The translations under genes were made by a program, and so were the position numbers. A stretch of 62,850 bases of DNA, filler included, from Dugesia japonica (Eukaryota): assembly GCA_001938525.1 (NCBI GenBank). It is 5 parts of 5 records of this genome, joined end to end, with 100 filler letters (N's around TTAATTAATTAA, not from the genome) between each part and the next. Parts side by side here need not be neighbours in the genome. Positions count along the whole stretch, not along the records: positions 41,782 to 62,850 come from MQRL01597813.1; 4 more parts are not named here. The stretch is one strand, 5' to 3'. Numbering within the stretch: position 1 is the first letter of the stretch; each line of letters starts with the position of its first letter. The notes below the pieces were generated by a model that was not told the DNA's origin, searched no databases, and saw only the letters and a list, made by a program, of their open reading frames with translations. Below are positions 47,950-62,748 of the stretch, piece after piece.

Positions 47950-49500
47950 ATGGATACTACTGAAAGTTTTAACAATTTATGTATTAAAAATACAAAAATT
48001 TCAAAGAATTCTGATAAAAAAAATGAATAAATACCAGATATAAGTTTCAAAAATAAAGTTTAAAATAATACTGAAAATTTAATTTATCTAAATTGGATAA
48101 AAAATGAATTTTTAGTGACAAAAATTATCAATAAAAATGAAAAAGTCATATATTTAGTCTATTACGAGTACAATAGCCTCGTGTATTTAAAAATCATTAA
48201 TATAGAAAGGAATTCAAAATATATAGATGGTGATATGAATATAAAACTTTCAAGCATCATTAGCACCAAAAAAGAAGAAGAATCTAATGATGATTCGTAT
48301 ACTGAATCTCTGACGAACAAGAACGGAAGTACTGATATAGAGAACAACAGGTATCACTTATTGTCTAAGCAAAAAGACATAGATATAGATGATATTAAAT
48401 TTTCTGAATCAACGGACAATAAGAACTTGTCTGATAATCTCATCTTTAGAAGCAAAATATCTGAATCAGGCATACAAACTCCTAACAGATTACTTAGAGA
48501 TAGAGAAGAGTCATTACATTATTTTCCGAATAAAACGAGTGAGACCTCTTTAAAAACTAAAACTGATAAGGCAATCAACTCACGAGTCCCTCGCCACACA
48601 ATGGAACTGATTCTTTTAAAATATCATCATCCAAGAGTACTGAATCTATATACCTTGATGAAGATCTTCTACTAGTTCTTCTGTTCACTTTCAAGAGCAA
48701 AAGCCTATCATCACCTAGCTTATCTGCAAAAATAAACAATAGCGTCTGTTTTTCAGGCACAAGTTTTAATGATTTATCAGATCAGATATAAACTTCACCT
48801 ACACTAGAAACAGGTGGTGATAAAAAAATCAATATTTTCAACGCTACTAACAATAAGCAGTCCCTTCTCATAGAAGGCCTTGAGGATCACCTTGATCCAA
48901 AAAAGATCAGCAGACAATCATCGGCTCAAGAAGTAGTTGAAGCAAATGATCGACTTACAAATGCATTACAAAATACCTTGTTCACAGAAAAATGTAACAA
49001 AAACGCTTCAATTGGAACCAAGCCTACATACAATGAAAAACTTCGCTCCAAAAAAAACATGGAAGCCGACATCTTACGATGTGAAAACACTAAGAACTAT
49101 CTATCCTAACAAACTTATTGCATGTCAACTAAGCATAAAAAAACAATTAAAATGCACACGTCCAGGACCATACAGATATCAGAAAAGGAGGGAAAACATT
49201 GTATGTCATAACAGAAAAGTTTTGATATGAAAATATTAGCGAGCTTTGGATTAAGATTTCAGGGTCACAAAAAGGACGAATTTTCAAATCTATTGACCAC
49301 AAGATAAAATTAAAAAATGAATTATTATTCAGTGAGATATATGTACAAAAAATAATGGATCTAAAAGAAACTTATACTTTTCAGATCTTAAAACCACGAT
49401 GTAGTATTTCACAGCTCTACTCTACCCAGAATGCAAGTTAGGAACGAGAACATTGCGAAAAGAAGGGGACTCCTGGTCTCTGGAAACACTTGGCACCAAA
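47950..49500 (+). pseudogene. Decayed long ORF of unknown function next to the TIR arm
   Basis: Overlapping open frames (48115-48675, about 48630-49110, 48937-49230), S/T/K/E-rich. Preceded by ~30-bp tandem repeats 47760-47935. Confidence 0.4.
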
Positions 49501-50800
49501 TTTTAGAAATAAACTGCTATCATATATAAAATTGGAATATATAAAAGGATTGGTTCATACAAATGCGGATTTGTTGTCAAGAAGTAAATGCGATACATGT
49601 GTACAGTGTTTAATGTTACATAAAGATACCAAACAAGGATGTTAAATACAATATATATCCAAGAGAAGCAAGGCAATTTTGGAGAAAATAATGAAGAAAA
49701 TTAGATACCTGATGATAAAGTAGGTTATTATGACGATACGCCATTTATTATGTCATGCTGAAGCAGACAAAATGTAGCAGCGTATATAAAGCATAAATAT
49801 AACGCAAAGAATTTGTGAATCTAAATACAAGAGTTTGTCCAAAGCTGTATAACATGCCATAAATCTAAAATGTTAACAACAAAAACGAAGGAAGACACGA
49901 AAATGACACAGCATGCCGGAAATTTTGAATCGATATGTATAGATGTGCGTGGACCATTGCCAGAGACAAGAAGTCGAATAAAATATGTTCTTGGTATAAT
50001 AGATCGATGTAGTAAGAATGAAGCTTTGACAGCAATGGCAAGACAAAATGAAGATACCATAAGGAAAGCAATAATGGAAAAGTTGATATTTAACTTTAAG
50101 TGTCCAAGAGAAATTAGAGTTGATTGTGGAAGAGCATTTGAGTCTAAGCCAATGAAATAATTTGCAGCTGAACATGGCATTACTCTCACGTTTTTGAGTC
50201 CATATTATCATAACACAAATTGACAATTTGAGAGACAGATTAGAACTATACAAGATATAATAAATGCGACACTTAAAGAAATGAAAACCTCAGATTAGGC
50301 TGATATTGCCAAAGATATAATTTATTTTTAATGCTACAAAACAGAAGACAACTAGAAAAAGCCCTGCTGAAATTGTATTTGGGAAGACAATAATCAGAGA
50401 AAAATGGTACGCCATAGATTTTCAAAGAGAGCACAAAGAACAATTGAATTGATGTCAATTAAAAGACAATTTAAGGTTCGAGATGAAGTCTTAGTGAAAG
50501 TTGAAACAAGAACTAAGATCGTTATGGAGGGCCCTATAAGATCAAAGGGAAGGTTCATGACAGAAGTTACATCCTAGAAGATACAAACCTCTACAAAGAA
50601 ACGTAGAGAAGAGCAAAAATCTTCTTAAAAATGTATGTAAGTATGTTTCGAAAAGCTAGTTGAAATTTTTATGTATGGTTAGAAATCATTTTTCTATAAA
50701 AATTGAAAGCTAAGAATTAAATTAGAAATTAAAGTAAATTAAATTAAATGTTTTGTATAAAAATAATGAACAGTTTAAGGATTAGTTTAAATAGTTTTAT
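49500..50800 (+). mobile_element. Ty3/Gypsy integrase remnant plus 3' LTR
   Basis: HTNADLLSR; ICIDVRGPLP..IIDRCSK..RVDCGRAFES; SPYYHNTN; YGGPYKI. Homologous to 23320-24500. Confidence 0.9.
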
Positions 50801-51209
50801 ACACAATTTATTGTAGATTTTTAGTAATTACTATTTTATTTAAAATTTTGGAAATATTTTGGTGGATTCCTATAAAAATTTGAATTATTTTTAAAAGATT
50901 TGAAAATTTAAACAAAAAAAATGTAAAATTTTGACCAATTTCGTTACAACTATTATTATGATTATTTATTATTATTATAACTATGATTATTTTTAATATT
51001 GTGGTTATTATTTTTATTAGTATTATTATTTTCATTATTAATATTAATTTTATTATTATTATTTATTATTTTTGTAACTAATATTGATTAATCCACGTCA
51101 GATTCTCAGCTGTTTGGTACAAAACATTTTGAAATTTTATCTTGTTTAAAAAATTTTAAATTTTGGTTGGATTCCATTTTAAACATTTAAACATTATTTG
51201 TAAGGAAAA

Positions 51210-52070
51210 ACCTTTTTGCGAGAACGGATCACAAAGGGATAGCATAAAAGAGACAAACAAGCCAATTACTCCGCAATTTAAGAATTAGATAAATTTTCTC
51301 AGTAGCTAGGATATGCGTTGGTATTTAAAAAAGGTGTGAAGCATACAAATGCAGATATACTGTCGAGAATGAATTGTGATACGTTTGTACGAAAGGAAAA
51401 CTCAAAGTTTCAAAGAAATGAATAATGTATTGTTACACGCATGCACGGAAAAGTCCTAAATTATTTGAAAAATGAATATGATATGGAAGATTTTTGTGAA
51501 ATTGTGTCAAAAGTAATAAAAGAATGCACAGCGTGCCAGTTGAACAAAGTAACAACCGTTAGAACAAAGGAGGAAATTATATTTATTTTAGAGTATTTAT
51601 ATTGATATCTGTGGTCCATTCCAAGAAGCCCTAGGAAGAAAAAATATATATGTGCCATAATAGATAAATCTAGCAGATACATATGGTTAACAGCCATAGT
51701 TAAACACGACGAGGAATCAATAAAGGAAACGATTATGGATAAATGGATACTGAGATTTAGTGTTCCAAAAGAGAAACATGTATATTGTGGGAAGATCTTC
51801 GAATCAAAAGCCTGCATAGAGATAACAGATTCAATGAATATAACAATTTACTTTTCAAGTCCATATCATCATAATACAAACAAAATAGTAGACCCTCAGT
51901 TCAGAACGATCAGAGATTACATCAATGCAACATTAAAAGATAAAAAGAATAAACATTGTCAGAGTAAATAGCAAAAATTGAATATACACTAAATGAAACA
52001 AGCCATAAGACTTTGGAGAGAAATCCAGCAAAAGGGATATTTAGTAAGAAAATAAAAAGAGGAAGATAGT
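51210..52070 (+). mobile_element. Ty3/Gypsy RH end and integrase fragment
   Basis: TDHKGI; HTNADILSR; DICGP; SSPYHHNTN..QFRTIRD. Confidence 0.88.
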
Positions 52071-52224
52071 TCAATAATGGAGAAAGAATGGAGAATATGA
52101 AATATTTTAAGAAAATAATTAAAAATAATTATTGCGTATATTTGTTTTAATATTAAAACTATTCTAATTCAGTTTTTTCAATTTATAAATAAATAAATGA
52201 ATAAACTTTGTCATAAATAAATGT

Positions 52225-55200
52225 TGGATGAGGAAAGCGTTTTTCTTGCTTATTTGACAACCACGTCAGGCTTCAACTTAGTAACAGATTTTTTACGCCA
52301 AAGATCTTTCAAGTAAGGCAAAAATCTTGATAGATTCTTGCGGAAGGTCGGTCGATTTTTCAAAGCGGCCAAATTTCCCAAAGATTTACAAGCGATTGTA
52401 ATCGGTAAGATGATTGACCCGAATCTTAGGCAAAAATATGAAGCATCAGAGAACAAAGTAAAGGTTTATGAAGCTAGGCTACGACTACTAGTGGAAAGAC
52501 CAAGAGACGTTTTTGAAGACCTGGAAGAATTCATTCGTTACAATCAGGGTGATACCGATAATGGGGTATTCTTCCACGATGTAGAAAAACTGGCAGATAA
52601 ACTGCTTAACCATAATCTGTCAAAAGAGTCGTTAATATCAGCACTCTTGATAAACGTAACTAGAAAGAAGAAGGCAAAGAAAGAGATTCTGATGAAAAAG
52701 TTTCTGAACCGAAAGAAATTATTATTATTAAAGAAATAATCAGAGAAGTTTCAAAAATCGCGAAAAAGACAGAAAGAATAACTGTGTGCGTAACTGCAAT
52801 AAGGCATTATACACGGTACCAAGGATGCATGAATCAACCTACAAAGGGACAAATACTAAAATAGAGTTCAGAACAGAGAAACTAGAATGTTGGAGCTGTC
52901 AAAAATTTGAACATATAAGTCGGGAGTGCCTAGACAGAAAGCCTCCTACATGCTACGCATGTGAAAATAAAGGGCATATAAGAAGACATTGCAACAAGGT
53001 AAAGTGCGGAAAATTCAACAAGAATGGTCATAAAACCATAGACTACTTCACAAAGATGGAGTACAAGAGATGGATCATGAATCCTTCTGAATATAAGAAA
53101 TTTGAGGTAAAAGAGCTTCCATGTTAACATCAATGCAGTGTAAAATGATGAAACAAGTATCAAAGAATATGAGTACGACATATATCAAAACATTAAATAT
53201 AGCAACAGCAGATATGATGCCAACGTATATGAATCAAGGAGAAACCCAAACGGAGAGGTTCCATCAACAGGTGAGATGGTATTAGCTTAGCAACCTAAAA
53301 TCTAAATGGGGGATCCACAAAACTTTGATAGTAAAAGTAAAAAAATATAGAGGATGATGTTAAGAAACGCATTTATAAGTTTTTAAAGAAAGAGATATCA
53401 GTAATCAAGGGAGAAACATCGGTGGAACCAACAATCACAACAGTGGAAGAATGAAGAAAAGGTGTGCTTAGATATGATATAATGCAAGGTAGACAAAGTA
53501 TTCCGATAATGATCCAAACATGGAGTTTGAATGCCTAGTGGATACCGGAGCAAGAATTAATGTGATGGGTATGGATGTGTTTAACAAATTTAATGATATT
53601 CCGTTATTATTAACCAAGGACAGACTATGGTGCGCTTATGACAGTTCATTAAGTACCAAAGGGATATTTTAGGTGAAATTGAGGATCGGCAATACAACTG
53701 GATGGATAAATTTCATAGTTGTAAAAAATGTAATCCCTAGCATAATTGGTTGTATTGAGTTCCATACCAGTTTTTGATTAGAACTACATTGGATAGATAA
53801 AGCAGAAAAAGCTAATCAAGATCGAATTTGCAATATCGAGCCGCATTTTGGAAGGATTATTACAGATGAAGAAAGATGTCAAAAAGCCTTGAGTTAAATA
53901 AATACATTTGAAAATGGCATAATCAAAGAGTTGATAAGAAAACATTCAAATATCTTTATGGCAGATAAATGGAACATAGGATGCGTAAAAATGGCAAAGC
54001 ATAAAATAGTAGCAAAATGAGGACCTATAAATGTTAAGCCATGGAGAACACTTATGAACCTAGAAGATAAGATAAACGAAGAAGTACGTTAACATTTTAA
54101 AAATGGAATTATCCAAAAGTGCAATTCAACATGGAACCCCATGTTGATAGATACCTGGAAAAAAGGAAGACATTCGTCTCTGTCTCAATTTTCGACAGCT
54201 GAATGCTATTACGGAAAGGCATGCATTCCCAAAGCCAAATGTAAAAGAGATTCTAGATAGATTAGCTGGGTTCAATTTCTTCAGCTCATTAGATTTAGGT
54301 AATATTTACTATCAAATAGAGTTAGAAGAGGAGTCAAAAGATAAAACAGCCTTTTCAACAAAGTCAGGTCAATACTGCTTCAATATAATGTCGTTTTGTA
54401 AAGCTGCAGCGCCGAGGACATTCCAAGAACTCATGACAAAAGAACAAAAGAAACAACAATGAATCTAGACGATATTCTAATATATTCAGAAAAATTGGAA
54501 GAGTATTACAAAACACTGAATGAAATATTTAGTAAAATACATCAAGCTGGACTACGTTTGATCCCGTCAAAATATCAATTGTTAAGAAAGAGATAAAATT
54601 TTTGGGACACATCATAAGTGATAAAGGAGTTCAGACCAATCCAGCAAAATTATTTGAAATACAGACATATTAAAGGCCAAAATGCGTGAAAGCATTGAGG
54701 AGTTTCTTGGGGATATGTTGCTATTACAGAAGATTCATAAAAGATTACGCAAAACAAGCTAGAAAACTAGAAAAACTGTGCAGTGTAAATAATAAGAAGT
54801 TAATATTAACAAATAGCTGCGAACAATCATTCAGGAATATGAAAGAATCGTTAACGAAGCAATCAATTTTAATGTTTTCGGATGTCATAAGAGAATTCAT
54901 ACTTTATACCGATACAAGCGACAATACTATTGTTGCTGTATTATCACAAATTTACAACAATGGACAAGAACAGGTGATAGTGTATGGATCACACGCAATG
55001 AATAACCACAAATTGGGGTATTGTATAGCGAGAAAGGCAATATTCTATTTTTGCAACTATTAATTTATTACTTATATGGGCGAAAATGCACTCTACGAAC
55101 AGACAATAAAGCGAATACGTTTATGTTAACTACGAAAAACTTTTAACCAATCGTTTCAAAATCGGATCAATTATCTAAGTGCCAAATATAATAATGCGGA

Positions 55201-57500
55201 TTTTCTCTTAAGGCAGGCTTGTGGCACATGTGCAAAATGCATAATATCACACGAAGACCCCATTAGGAACAAATTAAAAAGTAAACGATTGAATACAATA
55301 ACGAAAACATCAAAATGGAAAAGAGATAATGAAGAGATACGGATAATATGAGACCATATCAAAGATGGTAAGGAAGAGAGATTCCAATGAATGGATGGTC
55401 AGATTTTACCACAAAATGAAAGATTTTCGGATAGAAAATCAGACATGATCAGAGAAATGCATCAGTTTCTAGCACACGCAGGAACAGAAAAAGTTTCCAA
55501 ATACATTAGAGAACATTATGATATGACTAGATTGTGGGAAGGTGTAAAGGAAATTGTGAACAGATGCAAAGTATGTCAGCGTGTGAAGGTGGTAACAACT
55601 AAAACTAAAGAAGAAACTATAAAACCTGAGTTGGCGAGGCCGTTTGACAGAATATCTATTGATATTGCTGGACCATGGCCAGAAACCTTCCAAAAAATGA
55701 AATATATCGTGGCTATTATCGATCAGAATAGTAAATATATATCATTGACTGCAACAGCAAAACTAGATGAAGAGTCAATAACTTGTGTATTGAAGGTTAA
55801 CTGGATATTAAAGGTAGAAGCTCAGAGATATATTCTCACAGATTGTAGTAAGATATTTGAATCATAAAAAATGAAGAAATTTGCCAATTAGATGAATATT
55901 AAGCTATATTTATCAAGTCCTTATCACCATAATACGAATGGACAAGTAAAAAGGCAATTTTGGACTATCAGAGACTGAATCAGGGCATCAATAACAGACA
56001 GAAACGCAAAAAAGTGGGCAGAAATTCTAACAGAGATTGTATTTGAGTTGAATGTGTTGGGGATTTACTAAGGTGGGTTAATCTTTTGAAAAATTTAGTC
56101 TAGGGCCTAGTAAAACCCCAAAAGAAATTTAATCTGGTGTCCCCAAAAATCCAAATCTTCGGAATGGAGCCGTTGACTCGGAATCTGAGTACAGATTCGC
56201 ACTCCTTTGATTTTGGTTCTTATTTCCTAATACTTGCTTGATTCTTAGACTACTTAATCTCTATTGGTCAATGGTGTCAGTTTAACAAAAGAATTTACAT
56301 AAAATAAAATCATATTAAATAAAATAACTCTGGCTATAGAAAGTTATATTATTGTTACTTCCATCCATTACAAATTAAATTAAAATAACATCAATAAAAC
56401 TAAAAAGTAACATAGACTGTATCTCGATCTGGAGCAAGCACTCAGGAATTATTTGGCTTATTATGACTACTAATTGTTTTCCACTTAACCATCATGTTGG
56501 GTCCAATAATTTCTGTTATCCATCAAGTTGGAAACCGTTATAAATCCCCAATTTTAAAACGATTAATACTTCTTGAGGTAAATTCTGATCCAAAATTTGC
56601 TTGAGTAAATTTTTTGATTGTTTTTTAGCTGCCTTTTGATGAAAATTACATCGGTATTTATACTGGTTTCTTTTCACACCCTCGTTCCTTTCATTGGTTA
56701 TTTGACATCAGACGATTTTTCTAATGCTTCTATTGGCTTGATCGTCACATGAGTTCTTCTTATTGGTTGATATTTTGGATTAAAAAACAATTGGTCAATC
56801 TTCAAACCCTTGTATCTTCTTTCTTAGTCTTGCTATGATTTGTTAACTTAGATCTTCGAAATCTCCGATTTTGTCTCGACCATAATTGTCTTATTTGCTA
56901 ATTTTTTCACCCTGGAAAGTCGTCGTCTTTGCCATATTTCACGAAATATTTAATTTTCTTTAAAAAGAAATCATTTTAATTAGTATGATTTATTTTATTT
57001 AAATAAATAAATTATTTATTTTCTTATTAAATATAAATTATATGTTCATTTCTTTGTTTTTCTGATCTACATTTAATTTAATTTCGTCGTTGTTTCTTTC
57101 ATTAATTAATTTAATTAATTTCTTTAATTTATTTTCTCTTTCACCAATTATTAGTTCAATATGATTTTCTTAGTTTTGTCTAATAAACTAATTGTTATTC
57201 GTTATTTTCTTTATTCCGGCTGATATCTTCTACTTCTTCTTTTTTGGCTTTCTTGTTTCTGAGTTATTTCTCGCTGTAATTTTAGATTTTGCTGGTTCTT
57301 ACGTTGGTTTTAACTGCCACTCTTGGTTTCTCCTTTAATTATTTCTTTCTTTCACTGAACTATGACTTTCCTTTTTCTGGATTCTTTGTTTCCTCATTTG
57401 GTGACTATCTTTTCATTTTCTGCTTTACTTACTGCCATTTTTATTCTCCGTACCAGGTGTATCACCCCCAACAAATGCAACAGTTTATAAAACAACAAGT
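52225..57500 (+). mobile_element. Near-complete decayed Ty3/Gypsy gag-pol, interrupted by a solo LTR
   Basis: gag with CWSCQKFEHISREC and CYACENKGHIRRHC; protease CLVDTGARINV near 53535; RT (LDDIL); RH; integrase. The frame ELN|ATVYKTT resumes after the insertion. Confidence 0.93.
56055..57473 (-). mobile_element. Solo LTR (1419 bp) with 4-bp TSD
   Basis: TGTTGGGG...CCCCAACA ends; TSD AATG at 56051-56054 and 57474-57477; TATAAATA on the minus strand near 56655-56662. Confidence 0.88.
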
Positions 57501-58507
57501 TAAAATTTCTCAGTTTATTTGTTTGAATACATTTAATTAATCTTCATTTTCTTCATTTTTAATAATAAATAAAAACTTGTGGATAGTTGCGAGGTTTTGA
57601 ATTTAACAATAAAAATAATTTATTGTCTCAAAATCAATTGAAAATGTTTGATATTTATTAAAATATAAAATAATGCAGCTTGTTTTTAAATTATTAGAAA
57701 AACGTAGGTTGAAATAATTTTCAATTAAAATTATTATCGTTGTTACAGTTTGTTTTAACAGATCAATATTGACTTCTAATAATAATTCGTTTTACGAAGA
57801 ATTTATGATTGTAATTAATTTCAATAAATTCTTATTTATACATTTTTTATTTTTCATTGATTTTTTTCATTGTGAAAATCCTAGAAAAAATCCATTTACA
57901 TTATTCGATTCAATTTGTAATAATTTTGAAGAAGTTTGTGTAAAAAATGGTTGTAATATTATAAAATCAGTTTATTATTAATTGAAACTTTTGTAGGAGA
58001 TGTACAATGCGATAATATTATTAATGCTTGTCAACGTAGTATAAAAAATATTGATTTTTGCATTATTCTAAAATGTCCGTCATCGAATTACACATTGCCT
58101 AGTTAGTTATCAATTAATTTAATATTATTAAATCAATATTTTCATAATTAATCAATGTTGATGGATATTTTAAAGATACTGCAAAGTACTATTTATTTTG
58201 ATTTTACTTTATAATATTTTAATTTTTTTAAATTAATTGATAAAATACAATAAATACTTATTAAATTAAATTAAAATTTTCAGTCAAAATGTTTTTTTTC
58301 TTAGTTGTTAACTGTTCAAATTTTTGATTATTGTCTTAATTAAAATAATTTTTGGTCATTAACGGGTAAAAGTTGTATTTTCTATTAAGTTTATTTTATT
58401 TTGTTTATTATGAAAATTACACTTACTTTCCCAAAAAACGTTTTTTATTTTTTCCAAATTTTCGAATTTATCTTCACAATTCCTAAAGAATTCCTAAAAG
58501 TCATGAT

Positions 58508-58615
58508 TATTTATACATATATAATTTATACATATATAATTTATACATATATAATTTATACATATATAATTTATACATATATAATTTATACATATATAAT
58601 TTATACATATACAAT
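58508..58615. repeat. 15-bp tandem repeat, about 7 copies
   Basis: Unit atttatacatatata. Confidence 0.95.
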
Positions 58616-58927
58616 TTTTATGTTCAGCTAGAACGCATAAAAATTTAAGTAATAAAGTTTTCGAAAAAATAAATGACAAACGCGAAAAACGAGCAGAAAA
58701 TTAAGAAATTAGTGCTGGACCAGAAAGTTGATTATCATAATAATTATTATCATTATTATTATGTAATTATTATAATTAAAATTGTTGGAAGATTATTATA
58801 AAAAAAACAAAAAATGAAAATTGAGCGTAAAGGACCCTAATTTGGAAACAGTAAATATATTTTGCGAAAAAGAAGAATATAATGTTTAAATAAATAATAA
58901 AATATTATACAATACTATAATGATATA

Positions 58928-60227
58928 CAGGGTGTTATTGAAACATGTGGCAAAAAGTTAAGGAATTATTCCTTGCCTTATTTTTTGAACAATTATATAG
59001 TAATACTTTTTTCTAGGTCGTCTCGTTTCAAAGAATACATTTAAAGATTTAAAAAAACACAAAAAATTCACGAGAAAAGACCCACGAGCAAGTCTACTAA
59101 AATGCGCCGGTGCTCCATCATGCACAAACCACATTACTTTTCTCATTGCTAATGGTATATCCTCAAGCAACTCAGGTAGCCTTTCGTCCGAAAAATTGTG
59201 GTATACCTCAGCGGTAAGCGTTCCTGGTAGGATCACCGGTTCAATTAAAAAACATTCACAATTCCAACCCAAACGTTTAATGAGAACTGATATAAGAAAC
59301 GATCTTCACGTATCTCATGTGGATTTTCTTCCGCCCATACATGATTATTATGGAAATTCGTTATGGCATTTTTTGAGTAACTTGCTTCATCGGTAAACAG
59401 AATTAGGCTCAGTAGTTTAGAATTTTGAGACAATGTTTGTTTCAGCCATTGACAAAATGCGGTTCGTGGAGAAATTTTTCTGTTAGGAAGTGCTTGAACG
59501 CGTTGAATGTGGTATGGGAAAAGCTTTAGTGGTCTCAATATTTTCCACACAGTGTAATTACTTACATTCAATGCGTTTGCTATTATTTTAGTTTAAATAT
59601 GTGGATATTCCTCTAACAAATCACACACATATCCATCAATTTATATTATTCTTCCTATTTTTGGTCTTCCTGGTCCACTGATGTGTTTAAACGGGCCTGT
59701 TTCATGAAGATACGGATGAATTCTTTCAAAATTTTTCCTATCAGGAAAATGACGTTTTGGAATTCGTTCGGCGTACAACTGCTTAGCCTTTAATGAATTT
59801 CCATTAGCAAACTCATACATAAAACCTATGTCCGTCTTTCGGCGTTTTTATATTGATTCGTGATAAGAGATTTAAGCTATTTTTAATATTTATTTTATAG
59901 AGATCTATATTAATTTTAAAAAGGCTTACTTTTTAGAATGCTTAAACAAAAATATTTTAATTAATGTTGACTGATAATAAAGATATTATGTATAATAAAT
60001 ACATTGCAACAAAGTTTATTTAATTTTACTGATATTGTTATTGGTATTTGTGTTATTTTGAAAGTAAAGTTGAAATTTTTTATAAAAAATATTCGTGTTT
60101 TTAAAATCTTTATCAGCATGTATTTTTAAAACAAAAACATTTTGAAAGATATAATGATATATTTATATGTATAAACATCCAAGGAATAATCCCTTAAATT
60201 TATTCCCCATGTTTAACTAACATCCTG
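58928..60227 (-). mobile_element. Tc1/mariner-superfamily transposon, decayed
   Basis: TA-flanked ~50-bp imperfect TIRs (CAGGGTGTT..ggaattattccttg / caaggaataatccc..AACATCCTG); HTH N-terminus, ILFTDEASY, WFVHDGAPAHF. The third catalytic motif is deleted. Confidence 0.93.
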
Positions 60228-60288
60228 TATATTAAAGGGGTTTCTACGACACTTTTTCTTTACTATAATCACGCTTTTTAGCGTTTGA

Positions 60289-60289
<1 letters not shown>

Positions 60290-60351
<62 letters not shown>

Positions 60352-60428
60352 NNNNNNNNNNNNNNNNNNNNNNNNNNNNNNNNNNNNNNNNNNNNNNNNN
60401 NNNNNNNNNNNNNNNNNNNNNNNNNNNN

Positions 60429-60492
<64 letters not shown>
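60290..60492. repeat. (TTA)n microsatellite spanning a gap
   Basis: Read directly. Confidence 0.95.
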
Positions 60493-60493
<1 letters not shown>

Positions 60494-61710
60494 TCATTGA
60501 TTAATCTGGTCCAGTCACCAGTGTTTTGTCTGTCTGAGGTAAAATAAATTCGGAATTAGAAACAAAATAACTTAGTCACTTCAAGTCAGACAAAGACTTA
60601 TCATAGTAACAAGGCCAATAATCAGAAGTCATACGATGTGACCGACTAAAATTCCAACACCAACTAGTTCCATTGTTCAAAACTGATAACACCTGAGAGA
60701 GAAGAGAGAGCACACCGAATAATGATAGATGGTCATTTAATCAGAAGGTCGGATTTTAAAATGTTCGATCAGGATTAGTTGGTTATTAAACAGCATCAAT
60801 CTTGTGATGGAAAAACAAAATAAAACCGAAGACACGAAAAAAATAGAAACTCTTTTGAAAGCAATTTTTAAATTCTCGTTAAAACAAATTTTTTAAGCAC
60901 TTAAAAACAATTCTTACATTTGGATTGATTTTTATACTACTAAAATTTTGCTGACTTAAAGAATTTCCTGCCATTACAATTTCAATCGAAGGAGAAATAA
61001 TTTAAAAGTAGATATTATTATTAATAATAACAATAATTGATGCCATTCATACTTTTGATCCGAGTGCACCCTAAAAATTCGATGATTGAGCTCTCAAGAA
61101 ACAGAATTACGAAATATGTTAATGCGATGTCCTAATTGAGGAACGGAATGTCATTACATCAAATTGAGAATGTTTTAAGGGATATCATATCATTTTTTAT
61201 GCTACTTTTCTCTTGACTTGATCGGATTTTGTAGTATAGATACAGTTTTTTAATTCCCGTTAAAATATAATGATTTTTTTGAATTCAATATATTTACGTA
61301 TCGTTAATGAAATGTTTCTTAATTAATTAGAAATTTAGGATTCATCTATTAGATTGTAAAGCAATATTAGTGAAACTTTAAGCAAATTGATAATTAAATA
61401 TAGAATTTTTCGTGAACGTTTTATATGTTCTATAAATCTAATTTTTATTTTTTTTATATTATTGAGCATTACGTACGAAATGAGTTGTTAAGGAAATTGT
61501 TGTTAGAGATTTGTACTAGCAAGGACAAAGACAAATATCTGCTTTAGTGATTATTTTCTGTAGTCCGCGTTACAGAAACGGGACGAAGACCTGATAGTCC
61601 ACAGGCCGAAGAAATTGCTTTACTGATATAGAGTTCATTTTATTTATTTTATAAATTTCTTTTAAACCTAAGGATTTTTATAAAACTATTAATTTAATGT
61701 AACATAGAAA

Positions 61711-62645
61711 ATGACGGAATACTATGATGCCGCTAGTACTTACAAACGGCACAGTTGATGGGACGTTTTGTATCCTGTGGTGGTGTACAGTGGACTTACT
61801 TGATGAGAAAAAATCTATTTATGAGAAGGATAAAGCAGAGATTAAAAGTTAACAAGTATTTATCAATAAGAACTGCGAGATAAAGCAGCAAATCAAGGAG
61901 TTTTACTTGAAAGTAAATTATCCCAGAGACAAATGATGATGCGTGCGATGACAGAGGATGTTAATGAGGCCACCTGCCACCTCATGAAACATCGGGAGTT
62001 GATGAGAAGTATAGAGGACTGATTATTGATGCGAATGTTGGACGATACCAAGGATTAGAAAGAGATTCAGGATCTGGTAATCGTAAATGTGGAATCCTTA
62101 AATCAAAAAAATGTCTCCATTGTAACTTTGTTGTTCATTATACTAATGAATTCATGTGATACGTATTTCACAATGTGATTTTATTGTTTTGATAATGGGC
62201 TGCAGAGATGGCGAATAGTTAATTAACAATAGTGGACTTAGTTTCTTTGGTTAAAGAAAGAATAGTTTCTAGAATTGATAAAATTTAAAATATTAGGCTT
62301 TAGCTTCTAATATCATCTAAGCGAGTTTATCGTCAATTTATTATAATCATTGTCTAATAACTATTCATCCTAAACTATTTTAATGAGTAAAGCCAATGAT
62401 GAAACATCAGTCAAGATAGAGTTGCTAGATAATCAAACAAGATGGAAAGAAAAGCGGTGGCAATGAAACAATCATTTAAATATGCGCACTTGAAAGAAAA
62501 TGATTTATCCCTCCAACATACTAACAGAATGATGGCGGACATAATAAAATTCTATGCAGACAGAGCGGCAATTGTTTTCAATAATCTTTTGGCTGAGTTA
62601 TCGACCGGCAGAGAACGAAAAAATTATCAAGGAAAGTTCAGTTGA
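61711..62645 (+). pseudogene. Unknown two-block coiled-coil module, copy 3
   Basis: Block A: VDGTFCILWW..KAEIKS..EIKQQIKEF. Block B: 62383-62645 with LSLQHTNRMMADIIKFYADR. Confidence 0.55.
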
Positions 62646-62748
62646 TCTGGACTTGTAATCGGCCGGCAATTGTAAATAAACAATACATGTTCAACGGCAA
62701 TGTTTAGATCAATTTCTTTGGTTATGTACGACCAGTTTTATGTATATT

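Noticed and set aside
49821-50253. Antisense ORFs over Gypsy integrase (also 23493-23897 and 55469-55693)
   Set aside because: Shadow frames of TE coding sequence with no independent support.
58401-60500. ORF-track entries with IIYTY, INYIC and poly-L repeats, and ORFs running through N runs
   Set aside because: Translations of minisatellites, microsatellites or gaps.
61557-61612. Tandem hammerhead-like CTG(A)TAGTCC..GG(A/C)CGAAG motifs
   Set aside because: Lacks G8 of CUGANGA, has GAAG rather than GAAA, and no helix I/III is evident.
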